64,000 bases of DNA from NCBI GenBank assembly GCA_035250975.1, contig DATFEP010000014.1, positions 44,646 to 108,645 of the forward strand. Direction: 5' to 3'. The notes beneath the pieces were generated by a model. The model saw nothing but the letters and a program-made list of their open reading frames with translations, searched no databases and was not told where the DNA came from. Shown one piece after another: positions 1 through 11,133 of this stretch. A program made the position numbers and the translations under genes. Source of the stretch: Nitrososphaeraceae archaeon. Lineage in GTDB: Archaea; Thermoproteota; Nitrososphaeria; Nitrososphaerales; Nitrososphaeraceae. Each line of letters starts with the position of its first letter. The first letter of the stretch is position 1.

Positions 1-62
1 GATAGTAGTAAAATCTTTTTTAGGCGGAGCTATTTATTTTATTTAACCTTATTTTATTTATT

Positions 63-986
63 TTACCATGTCATTCTAGATGTGTCTCTAATATGGTAAT
101 ATAAATATTGTTGGACATACCCTGCATATTCTCCAAAATATTCACGAACTCTGCTTCCTATGATGTTATATTGGTTGTTCGTTGGTTTATTATTAGAATG
201 ATACTTTTTTATGTCCTCAAATAGCCAATAATAATTCTCCAATATGGATCTATAAATCCAAATATCTATAGGAAAAGCATCTAGTTTTTCAAACGCAAAT
301 AAAAGAATACAGTCAGCAGTTTTATTTCCAATTCCCTTCAATTTTACTAACTCTTTTCTAGATTCAAAATAATGTTTCCTTTTTATTTCTTCAAAGTTTA
401 ACATTTTTGATTCAATTTCAGTTGCTACTGATTTCACAAATTTAGCTCTATATCCTAAACCGCATGACGTCAATTCGTTAATTGACGCATTGCTTAATTT
501 CTTTGCATTAGGGAAAAGATAAAATTCTAATCCGTCAAATATTATCTTTCTACCAAATTTTTTAGAAATGTTTGTTAACATATGTCTAATTCTTTTAACA
601 TTTGTATTACTTGCACATACAAAAGTTATCATACATTGAAAGGGCTCCTGTCTTAATATCCTCAATCCATTGTATTTCTGGTATATCCTAAAAATGATTT
701 CATCTTTTGATAATGCTTTATATACTTCTTCATGATCATCATTTAACCTAAAAAAGAATTTCTCCCATAGTTCATTTTTAGGAAAGGATTGATATTCTAC
801 TTTATTTGTTGCAATTATTTTTTTATTATTGATTGTTGGTTCTTTTATTACAGTAAATTTTAATACTTGTTTGCCATTTATCCCATACCATGATCCATTG
901 ACATTTTTCCATAGGAATACTTGACCGCTATTGATACTTCTTATAGGATCAAATAATACTACTTTATGTTCATTGCTTCTTTTCAT
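63..986 (-). CDS. ogg: 8-oxoguanine DNA glycosylase (OGG1-like, OGG_N + HhH-GPD)
   Basis: SGQVFLW N-terminus, GLRILRQEPFQCMITF, GLGYRAK, HhH motif LKGIGNKTADC, AFPIDIW, C-terminal YAGYVQQYLY. Confidence 0.9.
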   Translation of the reverse strand: MKRSNEHKVVLFDPIRSINSGQVFLWKNVNGSWYGINGKQVLKFTVIKEPTINNKKIIATNKVEYQSFPKNELWEKFFFRLNDDHEEVYKALSKDEIIFRIYQKYNGLRILRQEPFQCMITFVCASNTNVKRIRHMLTNISKKFGRKIIFDGLEFYLFPNAKKLSNASINELTSCGLGYRAKFVKSVATEIESKMLNFEEIKRKHYFESRKELVKLKGIGNKTADCILLFAFEKLDAFPIDIWIYRSILENYYWLFEDIKKYHSNNKPTNNQYNIIGSRVREYFGEYAGYVQQYLYYHIRDTSRMTW

Positions 987-1029
987 AATTGCCTATTTTA
1001 TAACAAATATTCATAAAGTATGTGCTCAG

Positions 1030-1224
1030 CTAAATTTTCTCAAATATTTTACGCAAATCATTGTTTAATGTTTCTATAGTTTTTGGAATTTCTACCTTTG
1101 CACATGCTATACAAAAAGATTGTAGAGATAAAGGATAAGAGAAGTATCTATCATTTAATAAGATTTCTTTCTTGCATGAAATACATTTTTTTAGCTTAAA
1201 GGGATCGGTATTTTTTGTAATCAA
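1030..1224 (-). CDS. small putative zinc-finger protein
   Basis: two CxxC motifs (CISC, CIAC); co-oriented in the left-end gene string. Confidence 0.65.
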   Translation of the reverse strand: MITKNTDPFKLKKCISCKKEILLNDRYFSYPLSLQSFCIACAKVEIPKTIETLNNDLRKIFEKI

Positions 1225-1302
1225 TCATTATATGTTCCCTTCAAATCATTTTAAATTTATCTATTTATAAGTACAGAATAATATTTTTGAAATCAAAATA
1301 TA

Positions 1303-2562
1303 TCATACTTCATATGAATCTCCCAGGTTAGGAGCAAAGGAGTGATACCCATACTTTTCTGAGATTTCCTCCGAAAATCTTGTACAAGAGTTGCCATCTC
1401 CATGAACTGTGAGCACAGTCGGATTTCCTTTTATTCTATCAAGTATTTCGAATAACTCTTCTCTACTGTTATGACCAGAAAATTCAAATTGCTTAACTTG
1501 AGCAAAACATTTTCTCATTTTTCCATTCAACTTAAAACTTTTTTTCTCCAATAACGTTCTTCCCGGTGTGTTTTCTCCTTGATATGATACCAATGCTATG
1601 CCATTCTTTTCATAATCCATCATATTTTGCATATAAAAAATTGCCGAACCTCCTACTAGCATTCCGGCTGGCGAGATTATCACACAGGGTTCTCTAACAA
1701 CCTTTTTTCTTCTCTTCCATTCTCTTATCCATTCTAAATTCTCTACAGCATTTTTAAAAAGTTCTGAATCCCTTAAAAATTCTGGGTATTTTAGCATTAT
1801 TTCATTGACTTTCAAAGCCATTCCATCCATCACAACTTTGTATTTGAAATTATGTGCTTTTAACACACAAGCAATTTCCTGTGCTCTTTCCACTGAAAAA
1901 GCTGGGATAAACAAAGTTCCATTATTTTCGATAATATCGTATGCAAATTCCAGAAGTTCCCTTTCCGATTGTTCTCTAGGTTTTTGAGTAGTTTGTGAAT
2001 AAGTGCTTTCGATAATCATCAGATCTATGTTGTCAAAATCTAGATCTGCTGGTCTAAGTAATTTTGAGCCTCTTGTATTAATATCTCCAGTATAGAAGAT
2101 TTTCTTACCTTTATTTTCTATTATTATAGAAGATCCGCCAATCACATGACCAGATTCATATAATATAATGTTCAAATCATTGATCTCATAAGAGCTTCTA
2201 TATTCCACGTTAGTATGACTTTTCATCATTTTCTCAACTTCAATATTTTCAAATGGTAGATAAAAACCAGATATTTTCAACATATCTTCTATCAATAGCT
2301 GGGATAGTTCGATTGTAGGCATGGTTGATATAACCTGAATATTAGAAGATGACAAAAATAATGAAGGTACATAACCTGAATGATCAAGGTGTGCATGAGA
2401 AAGAACTACGGCATTGATATCTTTGGGTTTTACATGAATTGGGAATTCAGGTTCTTTTTTCAACAAAACGCCAAAATCTAATAAAATACTGGAGATCTCG
2501 CTACTTACTAAAAAAGCGGACCGTCCAACTTCTTTTCCTGCACCTAAAACTCTAATTTCCAA
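1303..2562 (-). CDS. beta-CASP metallo-beta-lactamase ribonuclease (archaeal CPSF-like)
   Basis: GAGKEVGRS, SHAHLDHSG, GHVIG, YTGD, IIESTY, IPAFSVERAQE, FSGH, VHGD motifs. Confidence 0.92.
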   Translation of the reverse strand: MEIRVLGAGKEVGRSAFLVSSEISSILLDFGVLLKKEPEFPIHVKPKDINAVVLSHAHLDHSGYVPSLFLSSSNIQVISTMPTIELSQLLIEDMLKISGFYLPFENIEVEKMMKSHTNVEYRSSYEINDLNIILYESGHVIGGSSIIIENKGKKIFYTGDINTRGSKLLRPADLDFDNIDLMIIESTYSQTTQKPREQSERELLEFAYDIIENNGTLFIPAFSVERAQEIACVLKAHNFKYKVVMDGMALKVNEIMLKYPEFLRDSELFKNAVENLEWIREWKRRKKVVREPCVIISPAGMLVGGSAIFYMQNMMDYEKNGIALVSYQGENTPGRTLLEKKSFKLNGKMRKCFAQVKQFEFSGHNSREELFEILDRIKGNPTVLTVHGDGNSCTRFSEEISEKYGYHSFAPNLGDSYEV

Positions 2563-2611
2563 TTAGAAATTCATGTAATCTGTGGTTACTTAAAGTATTG
2601 TATAATGTTGC

Positions 2612-3424
2612 TTAAAAAAATTTTATCTCCCATAATCTCTTGTCATTAATTTTTTCAAGAAAGCCAAATCCTAATTCGTCTAGAACTTGTTCAAATTCAT
2701 AGGTGACGGATTTACCAAATGCTTTTTCAGCTTCCACTTGTGCCATTAATGTTTTTTTTATTAATTCTGATTTTTTTTCATTTTTGCAATAAATATACCA
2801 ATAATTGTGACTTCCTCTGAGATCAGAGAGAAATTCTATCAATTTATTGTCAAATCCAGAATAATATTTATTAGCAAGTGAGAAATTTACATCTTCCCAA
2901 GATGGAGTAATCCATTCAGCAAGTTTCTCATACCCATGTCCTTCATATTCTGCTGCCAAACTTAAACCCTCATCTAATGTGGTAATGACTATTTCTGTTT
3001 TTATTGATATTTCATCTCTAAAGTCCTCGCCAGGATCCATCCACCCAACAAAAACTAAATCGTAATCTTCATACAACCCGTATTTCGTGTCGTAAAAATC
3101 TATGTATCTTGGTTTTGATCTGCCTATTGAATAAAAAAGATTAATGTTTTTTTCAATTCCTTTTGCGTTAGGGATAAATTCTCTGATCTTCTCCAAAAAA
3201 TCTCCATTTCCACACCCTACATCTACATATTTGATTTTCTCTTTTTCTTTATTTACAGAATAAGCTATTCTAGAAATCCTCAGAGTATCTATCTTTCTAT
3301 ACGTAAAATATGTTCCACACAAATAGGGGAAAAAATATCTTTCGTGAAACTTGTAATTTGATTTTGATTTAAATTCCTTTAGTTTTTCAATTGCAAATTT
3401 AATACTTGATAAATCATAAAACAT
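2612..3424 (-). CDS. class I SAM-dependent methyltransferase-like protein
   Basis: motif I YVDVGCGNG. Confidence 0.7.
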   Translation of the reverse strand: MFYDLSSIKFAIEKLKEFKSKSNYKFHERYFFPYLCGTYFTYRKIDTLRISRIAYSVNKEKEKIKYVDVGCGNGDFLEKIREFIPNAKGIEKNINLFYSIGRSKPRYIDFYDTKYGLYEDYDLVFVGWMDPGEDFRDEISIKTEIVITTLDEGLSLAAEYEGHGYEKLAEWITPSWEDVNFSLANKYYSGFDNKLIEFLSDLRGSHNYWYIYCKNEKKSELIKKTLMAQVEAEKAFGKSVTYEFEQVLDELGFGFLEKINDKRLWEIKFF

Positions 3425-3516
3425 TGAATAGATCTCGGTGAGAGTTAAGATAATTTTCTAAAATAAAAATATTATAATTTTGATCTTATTTCATACAATT
3501 ACATATACAAAAAAAG

Positions 3517-3777
3517 TTATGGACAGCCTTCCATTTTCTGGATATAATATCCCTTCTCTTGGATATCTCTTGCAATTGACGGAGGAGCTTCTTGTATGTG
3601 ACAAAACTGACATTCTTCCTGAGTCATTCTCTGGTCTCCTTGACCTGCTTGGTCCAAAAATTCCTTTCCATAATTAATAGCTTTTTCATGTGGAGTACTT
3701 GCTTCCACAATTACGTCAAAATGCATAATTTTCCCATCCTTTTTTGTTACATATGTGTCATAAACTGCACATTCCAT
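3517..3777 (-). CDS. DUF2024 family protein
   Basis: VYDTYVTKKDGKIMHFDVIV...ECQFCHIQEA...GYYI signature; ATG at 3777 preferred. Confidence 0.85.
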   Translation of the reverse strand: MECAVYDTYVTKKDGKIMHFDVIVEASTPHEKAINYGKEFLDQAGQGDQRMTQEECQFCHIQEAPPSIARDIQEKGYYIQKMEGCP

Positions 3778-3943
3778 AAGCAAAATATTCACTTGGGAAT
3801 ATTTATTCTATTCACTTCTGTTATCGTTTGACGTACTGAAGAGATTTATGTATATTTCAAAATCATAAATTAAAAACAATTAAATAAGTACAAGTAATTT
3901 ACTATCATCTATTCTCTTTAGGATTGAGGTTTAGTTTGTTAAT

Positions 3944-4231
3944 ATGAAGCTTAAAAAAGAAATTCGTGATAAAGAAAATATGGAAAGATTACAAAGTACT
4001 ATGGATACATTAGAATCATTTAAGGAGAATAAGGATCTTCCTCGTGTAATAAGAAACCAAATTCGAGATATTTATGATATTTTAAAAGATGAGAAAAATG
4101 GTAGTATATCTGTTAGAGCTGCTAATGCTGTGAGCATGTTGGATAGTTTGACTCAAAACAGACATATGGAATCGCATATTCGAACTACTCTCTGGCATGT
4201 TGTATCCAAGTTAGAGAGTATTAGGGAATAG
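3944..4231 (+). CDS. UPF0147 family protein
   Basis: PRVIR...SVRAANAVSMLD...HIRTTLWHVVSKLESIRE. Confidence 0.88.
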   Translation: MKLKKEIRDKENMERLQSTMDTLESFKENKDLPRVIRNQIRDIYDILKDEKNGSISVRAANAVSMLDSLTQNRHMESHIRTTLWHVVSKLESIRE

Positions 4232-4534
4232 CTAATCAGATTATACATTCTGAATAATTTTTACAAAATAACACCGGGTTGAAACAATTCAATTTATAAT
4301 ATTGATATGAACTAAATTTTTTAGTATTCAATAACTAAATAAATTATCATTTAAAGAATTACTCATATAGAACTAATCCTGATATTATTAGAATTGGTTC
4401 TATAGTCGTAATCGATCATCTTGTTTTAACCTAATTAACGAAATGGAACTAACGCCAAATATTAATACATATTAGTTTTGTATTAATGAAAAATAAGAAC
4501 AACAATTATTAACTTTTTAAAACACATCTTTCGT

Positions 4535-5176
4535 ATGGATTCAAATACAAAAACAAAAACATTGAGTTATATTAATAAGAATTTTCTTCTTCCTGGAGAT
4601 CATATAGCTTATATTGAAGAGTTTGAGAGCGGTAAAGATACTTATGTATCCGAAGGTTCGGTCCGATCATCCGCTCTAGGATTAAGGAATTACAACTTAA
4701 AGCATAGGATGGTCAGCGTCGATAGAAAGAATAAAGCTAAATTCCCAAAAATTGGTGATGAAATTATAGGATATATTGAAATGTTATTCAGTAGCATGAT
4801 ATCCATAAAGATCTTATATTTAAATAATACAAAGTTAGGATCTGGCCTTTCAGCTATAGCTTCAACCAGAATATCTACTTCTGGTGGCTTTCCTAGGAGA
4901 GATAGAGAAAGGAGACCAAAATTAATTTACAGAGCAGGTGACATAGTTAGAGGACGAATATTTAGTTTAATGAATTCTTCATCACATGCAACTATTGACG
5001 ATAAAAATCTTGGAGTACTTTACTGTTTGTGCTATATTTGTGGAGGAGAAACTGTGAAGTTAAACAGCAGTATCAAATGCATTGATTGTGGAATGAGTGA
5101 GGAAAAGAAGTTAGCGTCGGATTTTGGTAAAGATGCATTATTAAGACTCGAGAACGTTAATCAGAATCGATCCTAA
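4535..5176 (+). CDS. csl4: exosome complex RNA-binding protein Csl4
   Basis: LPGD-IAYIEEF N-domain, S1 domain (PKIGD; GDIVRGRI), C-terminal zinc ribbon CYIC/CIDC...KKLASDFG. Confidence 0.92.
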   Translation: MDSNTKTKTLSYINKNFLLPGDHIAYIEEFESGKDTYVSEGSVRSSALGLRNYNLKHRMVSVDRKNKAKFPKIGDEIIGYIEMLFSSMISIKILYLNNTKLGSGLSAIASTRISTSGGFPRRDRERRPKLIYRAGDIVRGRIFSLMNSSSHATIDDKNLGVLYCLCYICGGETVKLNSSIKCIDCGMSEEKKLASDFGKDALLRLENVNQNRS

Positions 5177-5307
5177 ATAGATAAACAAAATTTTAATTGG
5201 TAAATATTTTTAATTCTTTTATCAATATTTTTTGTTAAAACAGATTATAGCACATTTCGGTAAATTTCTGAAAGTGATTAAAGGAAGTTATTATAATTTC
5301 TGGTGAA

Positions 5308-7575
5308 ATGATAATGGCAGATACAAATTATGAAATTTATAAAAAGATTAGAAAATTATCCACGTTACTTGTAATATTTATCTTTTTCACTGTTCTAACT
5401 TCTGGCATCATTCAAAATTATTCTACATTTGCACAAGTAGGTAAATTCGGAACATTTTCTGGTTCCAACTTTAAATATATTAAAGATTCAGAACTATTTC
5501 AATTAAAGGAATTTTCTGTTGCATCTTGGTTTAAAACAAATTCTACTAGTAAGTTTATTTCTTTCATTGTTGACAAAGGAGGCACAGGATCAGAAGCTGC
5601 TGGGGAGAATATGAATTTTGGGATGTTTTTGAATCCTCTTGGTCAAATTCAGGCGGGATTTGAAACATTAGACGGATCAAATCACTTCGTGACTTCTCAA
5701 AATAAGTTAAATGATAATAAATGGCATTATGGTACCGTCACGTACGACGGTTCAATCCTAAAATTATTTGTGGATGGAGTTCTCATAAATGATAAAAATA
5801 CCACTAATGCTGAACCTGATTATACTGGAAAAAACCGCATAACAATAGGAGCGAATTCTCTGTTTAAAGATAAGTTGTTTATTGGAGATCTAGACGAGGT
5901 TCGAATTTGGGATCGGGCTTTAACAAATGCAGAGGTCTATGATGGATTTTCAAAAAACAAGTTTAATCTTGAAGGTCAATTAGTTTTTGTATCCTTTGGA
6001 GATAACATTTTATGTAAACAAGAAAAACAGGTCAATGTGACATCGATAGGCAGTCAAGAAGAACATCCTGCAATAGATGCAATAGACGCAAATCAGTCGA
6101 CTAGATGGTCATATCCTGGTCTTAATTCTTGGATATTGTTAGACCTTGGCGGGGAGAAGGAAGTCTGTGATATAGATATATCATGGTACAAAGGTGATAA
6201 CAGAAAAATCAAATTTGTAGTTTCTGCTTCATCTGACGGTGAAATATTCAGCAACATTTTCTCTGAGACAAGCAGTGGTCTAACCGATGGTCCAGAAAGA
6301 TACGATCTTCCTGATATCAATACTCGATTCTTAAAATTAAGTATTATTGCAAATTCAATGAATGACTGGTCAAGTATTTCTGAGATAGATATCAATAATC
6401 CACGTGTTCCAGGTTCACCATCCCCATGTCAAGAATTATCTATATCTCCAAATGGTGTTACCTCCATAGGCAATCAAGCCACTCATCCTGAGCAAGATGC
6501 TGTTGATGGTGATTTGAATACCAGATGGTCCAATTTTGGATTAGGTTCATGGATAGATATAGACATAGGAAAAGAAGTAGATGTTTGTGATCTAGGGATA
6601 TCATGGTACAAAGGCGATGTTCGCAAACTAGATTTCTTAATTTCTGTGTCTTCAGACGGAAATGATTATAGACAAATATTTTCTGCTCGCAGCAGTGGAG
6701 ATACTTCAGAATTAGAAATGCATGATATACCAGACACAACTGCTAAATTTGTAAGGATCACGGTTACTGGAAATAGTATGAATAATTGGTCAAGCATATC
6801 TGAAATAAAGATATTCGGCAAAGACGTTCAATCAGATTCATTTCTATCTGTTTCACAAGTTGGAGTATTAACAAAGGTAATTAATAACAATGGTGGGGAT
6901 AAACAGCCTAAAGACTTTAATATCTCTGTAACAGGAATGCAGGCTATTCCAAATTCATTTTCCGGAAATCCAGATGGACAGATTGTATCATTGAAACCTG
7001 GAGATTATATTGTGAATGTTTCGCAGTCATTGGGGTACAAAACAATATATTCTGCAGGTTGCGTAGGTGTAGTTGGACCGGGCGAAAGTAAGGATTGTGT
7101 AATTACATTGGATGATATTAATCCTCCAACCCAACCCATAAATCAAACTTTGTCTGTACAACAAAAAGAATCTTTACAGAATGCAAACAATTCTTTACAG
7201 AAGATGAACAATTCTTTACAGAATGCAAACAATTCTTTACAGAAGATGAACAATATTAAGAGTGATGAAAGACGCCTAATATCAAATATACCAGAATTGA
7301 AGGTTATTGTAGAAGTATTAAATGTATACGGAGGAACGAAAAATCCTTCTGATTTCACACTGGTTATTAAAGGAGAAAATCCCCTACCCAATACCTTTAC
7401 AGGTAATTCCAATTTACAGATAGTGTCTATAAGTCCTGGAAAATATGAAGTTGAGGTAAAGGATCTATTAGGATATACGGTTAATAGAATTTCAGGATGT
7501 GATGGGATAATAGAAACCATAGATAAGACTTGTATAATAGAATTGATCGATAAGCCAAATAAAACAGGGGACTAA
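5308..7575 (+). CDS. secreted surface protein: LamG-like jellyroll + 2x F5/8 type C (discoidin/CBM32-like) + 2 Ig/prealbumin-like domains
   Basis: N-terminal hydrophobic leader; WHYGTVTYDG..LFVDG..GDLDEVRIWDRAL; two AIDA/AVDG..TRWS..WI.LDLG..SISEI repeats; two NNGG.K.P.DF-type modules. Confidence 0.85.
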   Translation: MIMADTNYEIYKKIRKLSTLLVIFIFFTVLTSGIIQNYSTFAQVGKFGTFSGSNFKYIKDSELFQLKEFSVASWFKTNSTSKFISFIVDKGGTGSEAAGENMNFGMFLNPLGQIQAGFETLDGSNHFVTSQNKLNDNKWHYGTVTYDGSILKLFVDGVLINDKNTTNAEPDYTGKNRITIGANSLFKDKLFIGDLDEVRIWDRALTNAEVYDGFSKNKFNLEGQLVFVSFGDNILCKQEKQVNVTSIGSQEEHPAIDAIDANQSTRWSYPGLNSWILLDLGGEKEVCDIDISWYKGDNRKIKFVVSASSDGEIFSNIFSETSSGLTDGPERYDLPDINTRFLKLSIIANSMNDWSSISEIDINNPRVPGSPSPCQELSISPNGVTSIGNQATHPEQDAVDGDLNTRWSNFGLGSWIDIDIGKEVDVCDLGISWYKGDVRKLDFLISVSSDGNDYRQIFSARSSGDTSELEMHDIPDTTAKFVRITVTGNSMNNWSSISEIKIFGKDVQSDSFLSVSQVGVLTKVINNNGGDKQPKDFNISVTGMQAIPNSFSGNPDGQIVSLKPGDYIVNVSQSLGYKTIYSAGCVGVVGPGESKDCVITLDDINPPTQPINQTLSVQQKESLQNANNSLQKMNNSLQNANNSLQKMNNIKSDERRLISNIPELKVIVEVLNVYGGTKNPSDFTLVIKGENPLPNTFTGNSNLQIVSISPGKYEVEVKDLLGYTVNRISGCDGIIETIDKTCIIELIDKPNKTGD
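7171..7254 (+). repeat. 42-bp perfect tandem duplication (built of 21-bp sub-units) encoding SLQNANNSLQKMNN x2
   Basis: TCTTTACAGAATGCAAACAATTCTTTACAGAAGATGAACAAT occurs twice in tandem. Confidence 0.9.
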
Positions 7576-7751
7576 ATAATTATTTTAAAATATTTCTGCT
7601 ATGGCTTTTTATGAATACTTTTAGAACTTTGAACCAGAAATTTAAAATTTGAAAAAGTAACAAATGTATTATATGTTAAAATTTTCTAAACTTTTGTTAC
7701 TTTCTGTATTAATACTAAAAGATATAAGATGTAAAGAGGAATATGCACTAA

Positions 7752-8336
7752 ATGAAATTTCTGATGATACTATCTCTTTTATCCGTTATAATGATATCTC
7801 TGATCTCTAATACCGAAAATTATAATCAATTGTTTGCTCAACCAACACATGCCACTAAAGTAAATACAACCGATATCGACAGGGCTATAGTTGACATGCT
7901 TAACAAAATAAGCCGTGGAAATGTGATTGATAGCACTCTGAACTCAATAGTTAGCGGTATGAATGTTGGCACGACTCAGACTAATCTATCCCTACCAAGT
8001 TCTTCAAATGAGGCAAATTCTATTATATCTACTGATTCGATTAATACCAATAGTAAATTAGCTACTTCGCAATCTGGATTTTCTGATCTTAATAAATTCG
8101 TATTGAAGATAATAAACCAAGATAACAATACCGAAACAATAGTAGCAAGCAATTCTTTGATAGACTTCAATAACAAATTAATAAAATTCTGTACTACATT
8201 ATCATTATCATCATTTGAGTGTATTTCAAATCTTAAGGATTCGATACAATCAGTTGAATTTACAAATTCTTATATGGGACCTACAAAATTGATAACTTAT
8301 GTAGACAATTATAAATTAGACCTAGAAATAAAATAA
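7752..8336 (+). CDS. hypothetical secreted protein
   Basis: 194-aa ORF with N-terminal signal-like sequence. Confidence 0.7.
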   Translation: MKFLMILSLLSVIMISLISNTENYNQLFAQPTHATKVNTTDIDRAIVDMLNKISRGNVIDSTLNSIVSGMNVGTTQTNLSLPSSSNEANSIISTDSINTNSKLATSQSGFSDLNKFVLKIINQDNNTETIVASNSLIDFNNKLIKFCTTLSLSSFECISNLKDSIQSVEFTNSYMGPTKLITYVDNYKLDLEIK

Positions 8337-8444
8337 TATTATTTAATATTATTTATATTTGCTATTTTTATAATCAAGAAGTTGCAATAGACTTTGTCTA
8401 CACTTTTATGACTTTAAACAAGTTATATTTTAATATTTGTTCTG

Positions 8445-8831
8445 TTACATTGTAATTAATTTAACATGGTCTAGTTTTTTATTTGTTTGAAAGTTCTTTG
8501 TCATATTTCTAATCAACTCAGCATCTCCTTTTAATAAAAACACTTCCACACATCTGTCGATATCTATTTTACTATGGAGATGTGTAGTGATGATTTCTTC
8601 ATAATCATGTCTCATATTCGTTACCTGATCGTCATCTCTTTCCTGATGAATTATCAATAATAAGGCACTCAATTCTCCATGCAGAGATTCTCTTTGTTTT
8701 TGTTCTGCGAGGATACTTCTCAATCCGGCTCTCACAATTTCGGAGCGGCCCGAAAATCCCAAATCCTTTTGCAATTTATTTATATCATTTATAATATCAT
8801 CATTTAGAGAAATGCTTACTATTGGCAACAT
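8445..8831 (-). CDS. nikR: NikR-family (CopG RHH) metal-responsive transcriptional regulator
   Basis: IVSISL...GFSGRSEIVR ribbon-helix-helix; H...HLH...C metal-binding C-domain; ATG 8831 preferred. Confidence 0.85.
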   Translation of the reverse strand: MLPIVSISLNDDIINDINKLQKDLGFSGRSEIVRAGLRSILAEQKQRESLHGELSALLLIIHQERDDDQVTNMRHDYEEIITTHLHSKIDIDRCVEVFLLKGDAELIRNMTKNFQTNKKLDHVKLITM

Positions 8832-9077
8832 CGATAAATTACTAGTACAGATATAAAATTTTATGGTTATAACAAGCATATTGATCTAAAGTTATGGAGT
8901 TAGCGAGAATATCCTATTACAAGATAATTTGATTACATTGTTCGCGGTAGAGTATTCTTGCTTGCGGTTATCGACTAATTTATATGTCCTTGGTCAAATA
9001 CTGAATAATAAATCAGAAATATTACAATAAACTAACTACAAAAAAAGGTTATATATCTTATTTGTCAAGTCATTATA

Positions 9078-9362
9078 TTGAGCTTTGAATCTGTTTCTCC
9101 AAAAAAGTTGGCTTTAGTTATTGGGATTGCAGGCGTCGTAATAATCATAGCGTTATTGGGCTCGTCTGCAAAAAACCTATTCAGTGGAAGCATAACAGAT
9201 GAAGCCATAGTAAAGATTAAACAAGGATCTAACTGTATAGTAGAGGGGAATGATAAAATCCCAAGGATGATAACTGATTGTTCATATAAAGTGAACGATA
9301 CGATTCTGATTACCTTTAAATCACAACAGCCGACTATCGAAAAACATGAGATCAAACAATAA
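9078..9362 (+). CDS. small membrane-anchored protein
   Basis: single N-terminal TM segment, two Cys, 94 aa. Confidence 0.65.
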   Translation: MSFESVSPKKLALVIGIAGVVIIIALLGSSAKNLFSGSITDEAIVKIKQGSNCIVEGNDKIPRMITDCSYKVNDTILITFKSQQPTIEKHEIKQ

Positions 9363-9516
9363 TTAATGCAATTATAGTAATTTACGAAAAGGTAAAGTCG
9401 TTAAGTCTTTCTAAATAGAATTGTAAAATTTTTTATCTTATTAATAGAAATGCAAAATATACATGAGACAATAGTGTGTCTGAAATAAAGTAACAACACT
9501 GTAGTACTACCAAATT

Positions 9517-10235
9517 GAGTCTATCCCAAAATTAATCTCTTGTAAACAGTTATACTACATGCTAACTGTACAAGACCAAAAAAATTCTTTTTTTCTTTTC
9601 ATACCTTGTAAATAATTTGCCAAATCTGTTAGGTCATGAATTTGTTCCCTCTACCACTCCGCTTCTTCCCGATTGATCTCGCTTGCAGATTTTGTTTTTT
9701 TGTCTTCTATGTCGTATATGTGAGACGTATCTTCCCATGATTATTTATGTTTCTACTTCTTTGTAATGATATTGTTTATCATGAGATGGATTGTACTTTT
9801 TCTTGGATGTATTTTCATCTTTAGATTTGTTTTAGGTGGTAGTTGCTTTTTGATAGCCTGTACTGACAGATTTTATAAAAGTAGAAAGTGGAATTCCTTC
9901 CTTATCTATTAAAATGTCTCTTTTTATGACTAATGTTAGGATATAATTAGGATTATGACCTCTTATCACTGCCTCAAGATGATTTTATATATACTGGCAA
10001 ATATCTGTGATATCCATTTGACTCGCCTTTTGTCATCGTCTATTTTTATCAATCTGGTGCGTATTTAGTCATATAAAATCTGATTGTATCGACTTTTTAA
10101 ATGTTTAATCACCTTTAGATTCTGAACCATTTCGGTCGGTAACTTTGTTCATCGACATCCAGTTCTCAATACAAACATTATTCCGTCAATGACTTATCTG
10201 TAGCATACAACAGAACGACCTATTGTGGTCCCTGG
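9517..10235 (-). mobile_element. degenerate IS5-family transposase remnant
   Basis: minus-strand fragments VIDGIMFVLRTGC and VVEGTNS*PNRFGKLFTRYEKK..FGLVQLACS..KRLILG* with stops and frameshifts; end GAGTCTATCCCAAAA resembles the end of the 51-kb copy. Confidence 0.8.
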
Positions 10236-10243
10236 ATTTTAGA

Positions 10244-10510
10244 TCAGTGACCTCTATTTGACATTGCCCATACAAGATCATCAAACATACTATTCATATG
10301 ATGAATTTTAATTTTTATACCGTCGAGTAAATTTATTGCTTCAGCAGTATGATTTGATTTGACCAAGTCGGTGACCTCATCGACATTATTTGCCAATTGA
10401 GTATGAATAAATCTCATATGATCCATCAGTATATCTTCAGAACGAGGTTGAGCAAATACATGCGGAATAAGAAGAATTCCAATCATAAGACTTATCGAAA
10501 TTTTATTCAT
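10244..10510 (-). CDS. small secreted helical His-containing protein
   Basis: signal peptide ending VFA; 88 aa. Confidence 0.7.
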   Translation of the reverse strand: MNKISISLMIGILLIPHVFAQPRSEDILMDHMRFIHTQLANNVDEVTDLVKSNHTAEAINLLDGIKIKIHHMNSMFDDLVWAMSNRGH

Positions 10511-11133
10511 ATTAATTATTATATCATATAATCTTTTAAACTTTTTATAATTAATTGTTAACGGATTTCCATCTTATTCTGTTTTAGTGCGGATGTTTGA
10601 ACAAACTTGTTTCATAAAATTATATTGATTTTTATCTTACAACTGTATAAAGTTATGAAATTCACTTCAATATTAGAATATTTAAATTTTAAGGTGAAGA
10701 TTGAGGCGAAATGTTTACAGACCTGATCTTAAATGGAAATCCAACTACCAATACGCTATTTCTGTTGAATATGACTTTGTATTGGAATGGGAAACTTGGA
10801 GCTAAATCTATGACCTTTAATTGGCAGAATTTTTTTATATAGAGTGACGGTGAAAATTCAATTACAAATAGCAAATTTCAGTAAAATTTTTGCTTGATAT
10901 TATAATCTATGTTTTGGATTATGTCAGTTTTTCTTAGCTTTTTTTGTGCATTTTTTGAATTAAAATTATTTTAATTTTGCCTAGATCCTCGGTCTGAATG
11001 AAATATAATATATTTTTTCTAACTTTCCAATAAAAATTTTAATAAAAATTACTTTCTACCTGTATCGTTATTATTTTTTCAAGAATAATGTATAATAAGT
11101 ATAAAATATTTATCTGTGGATGTATAAGAATAA

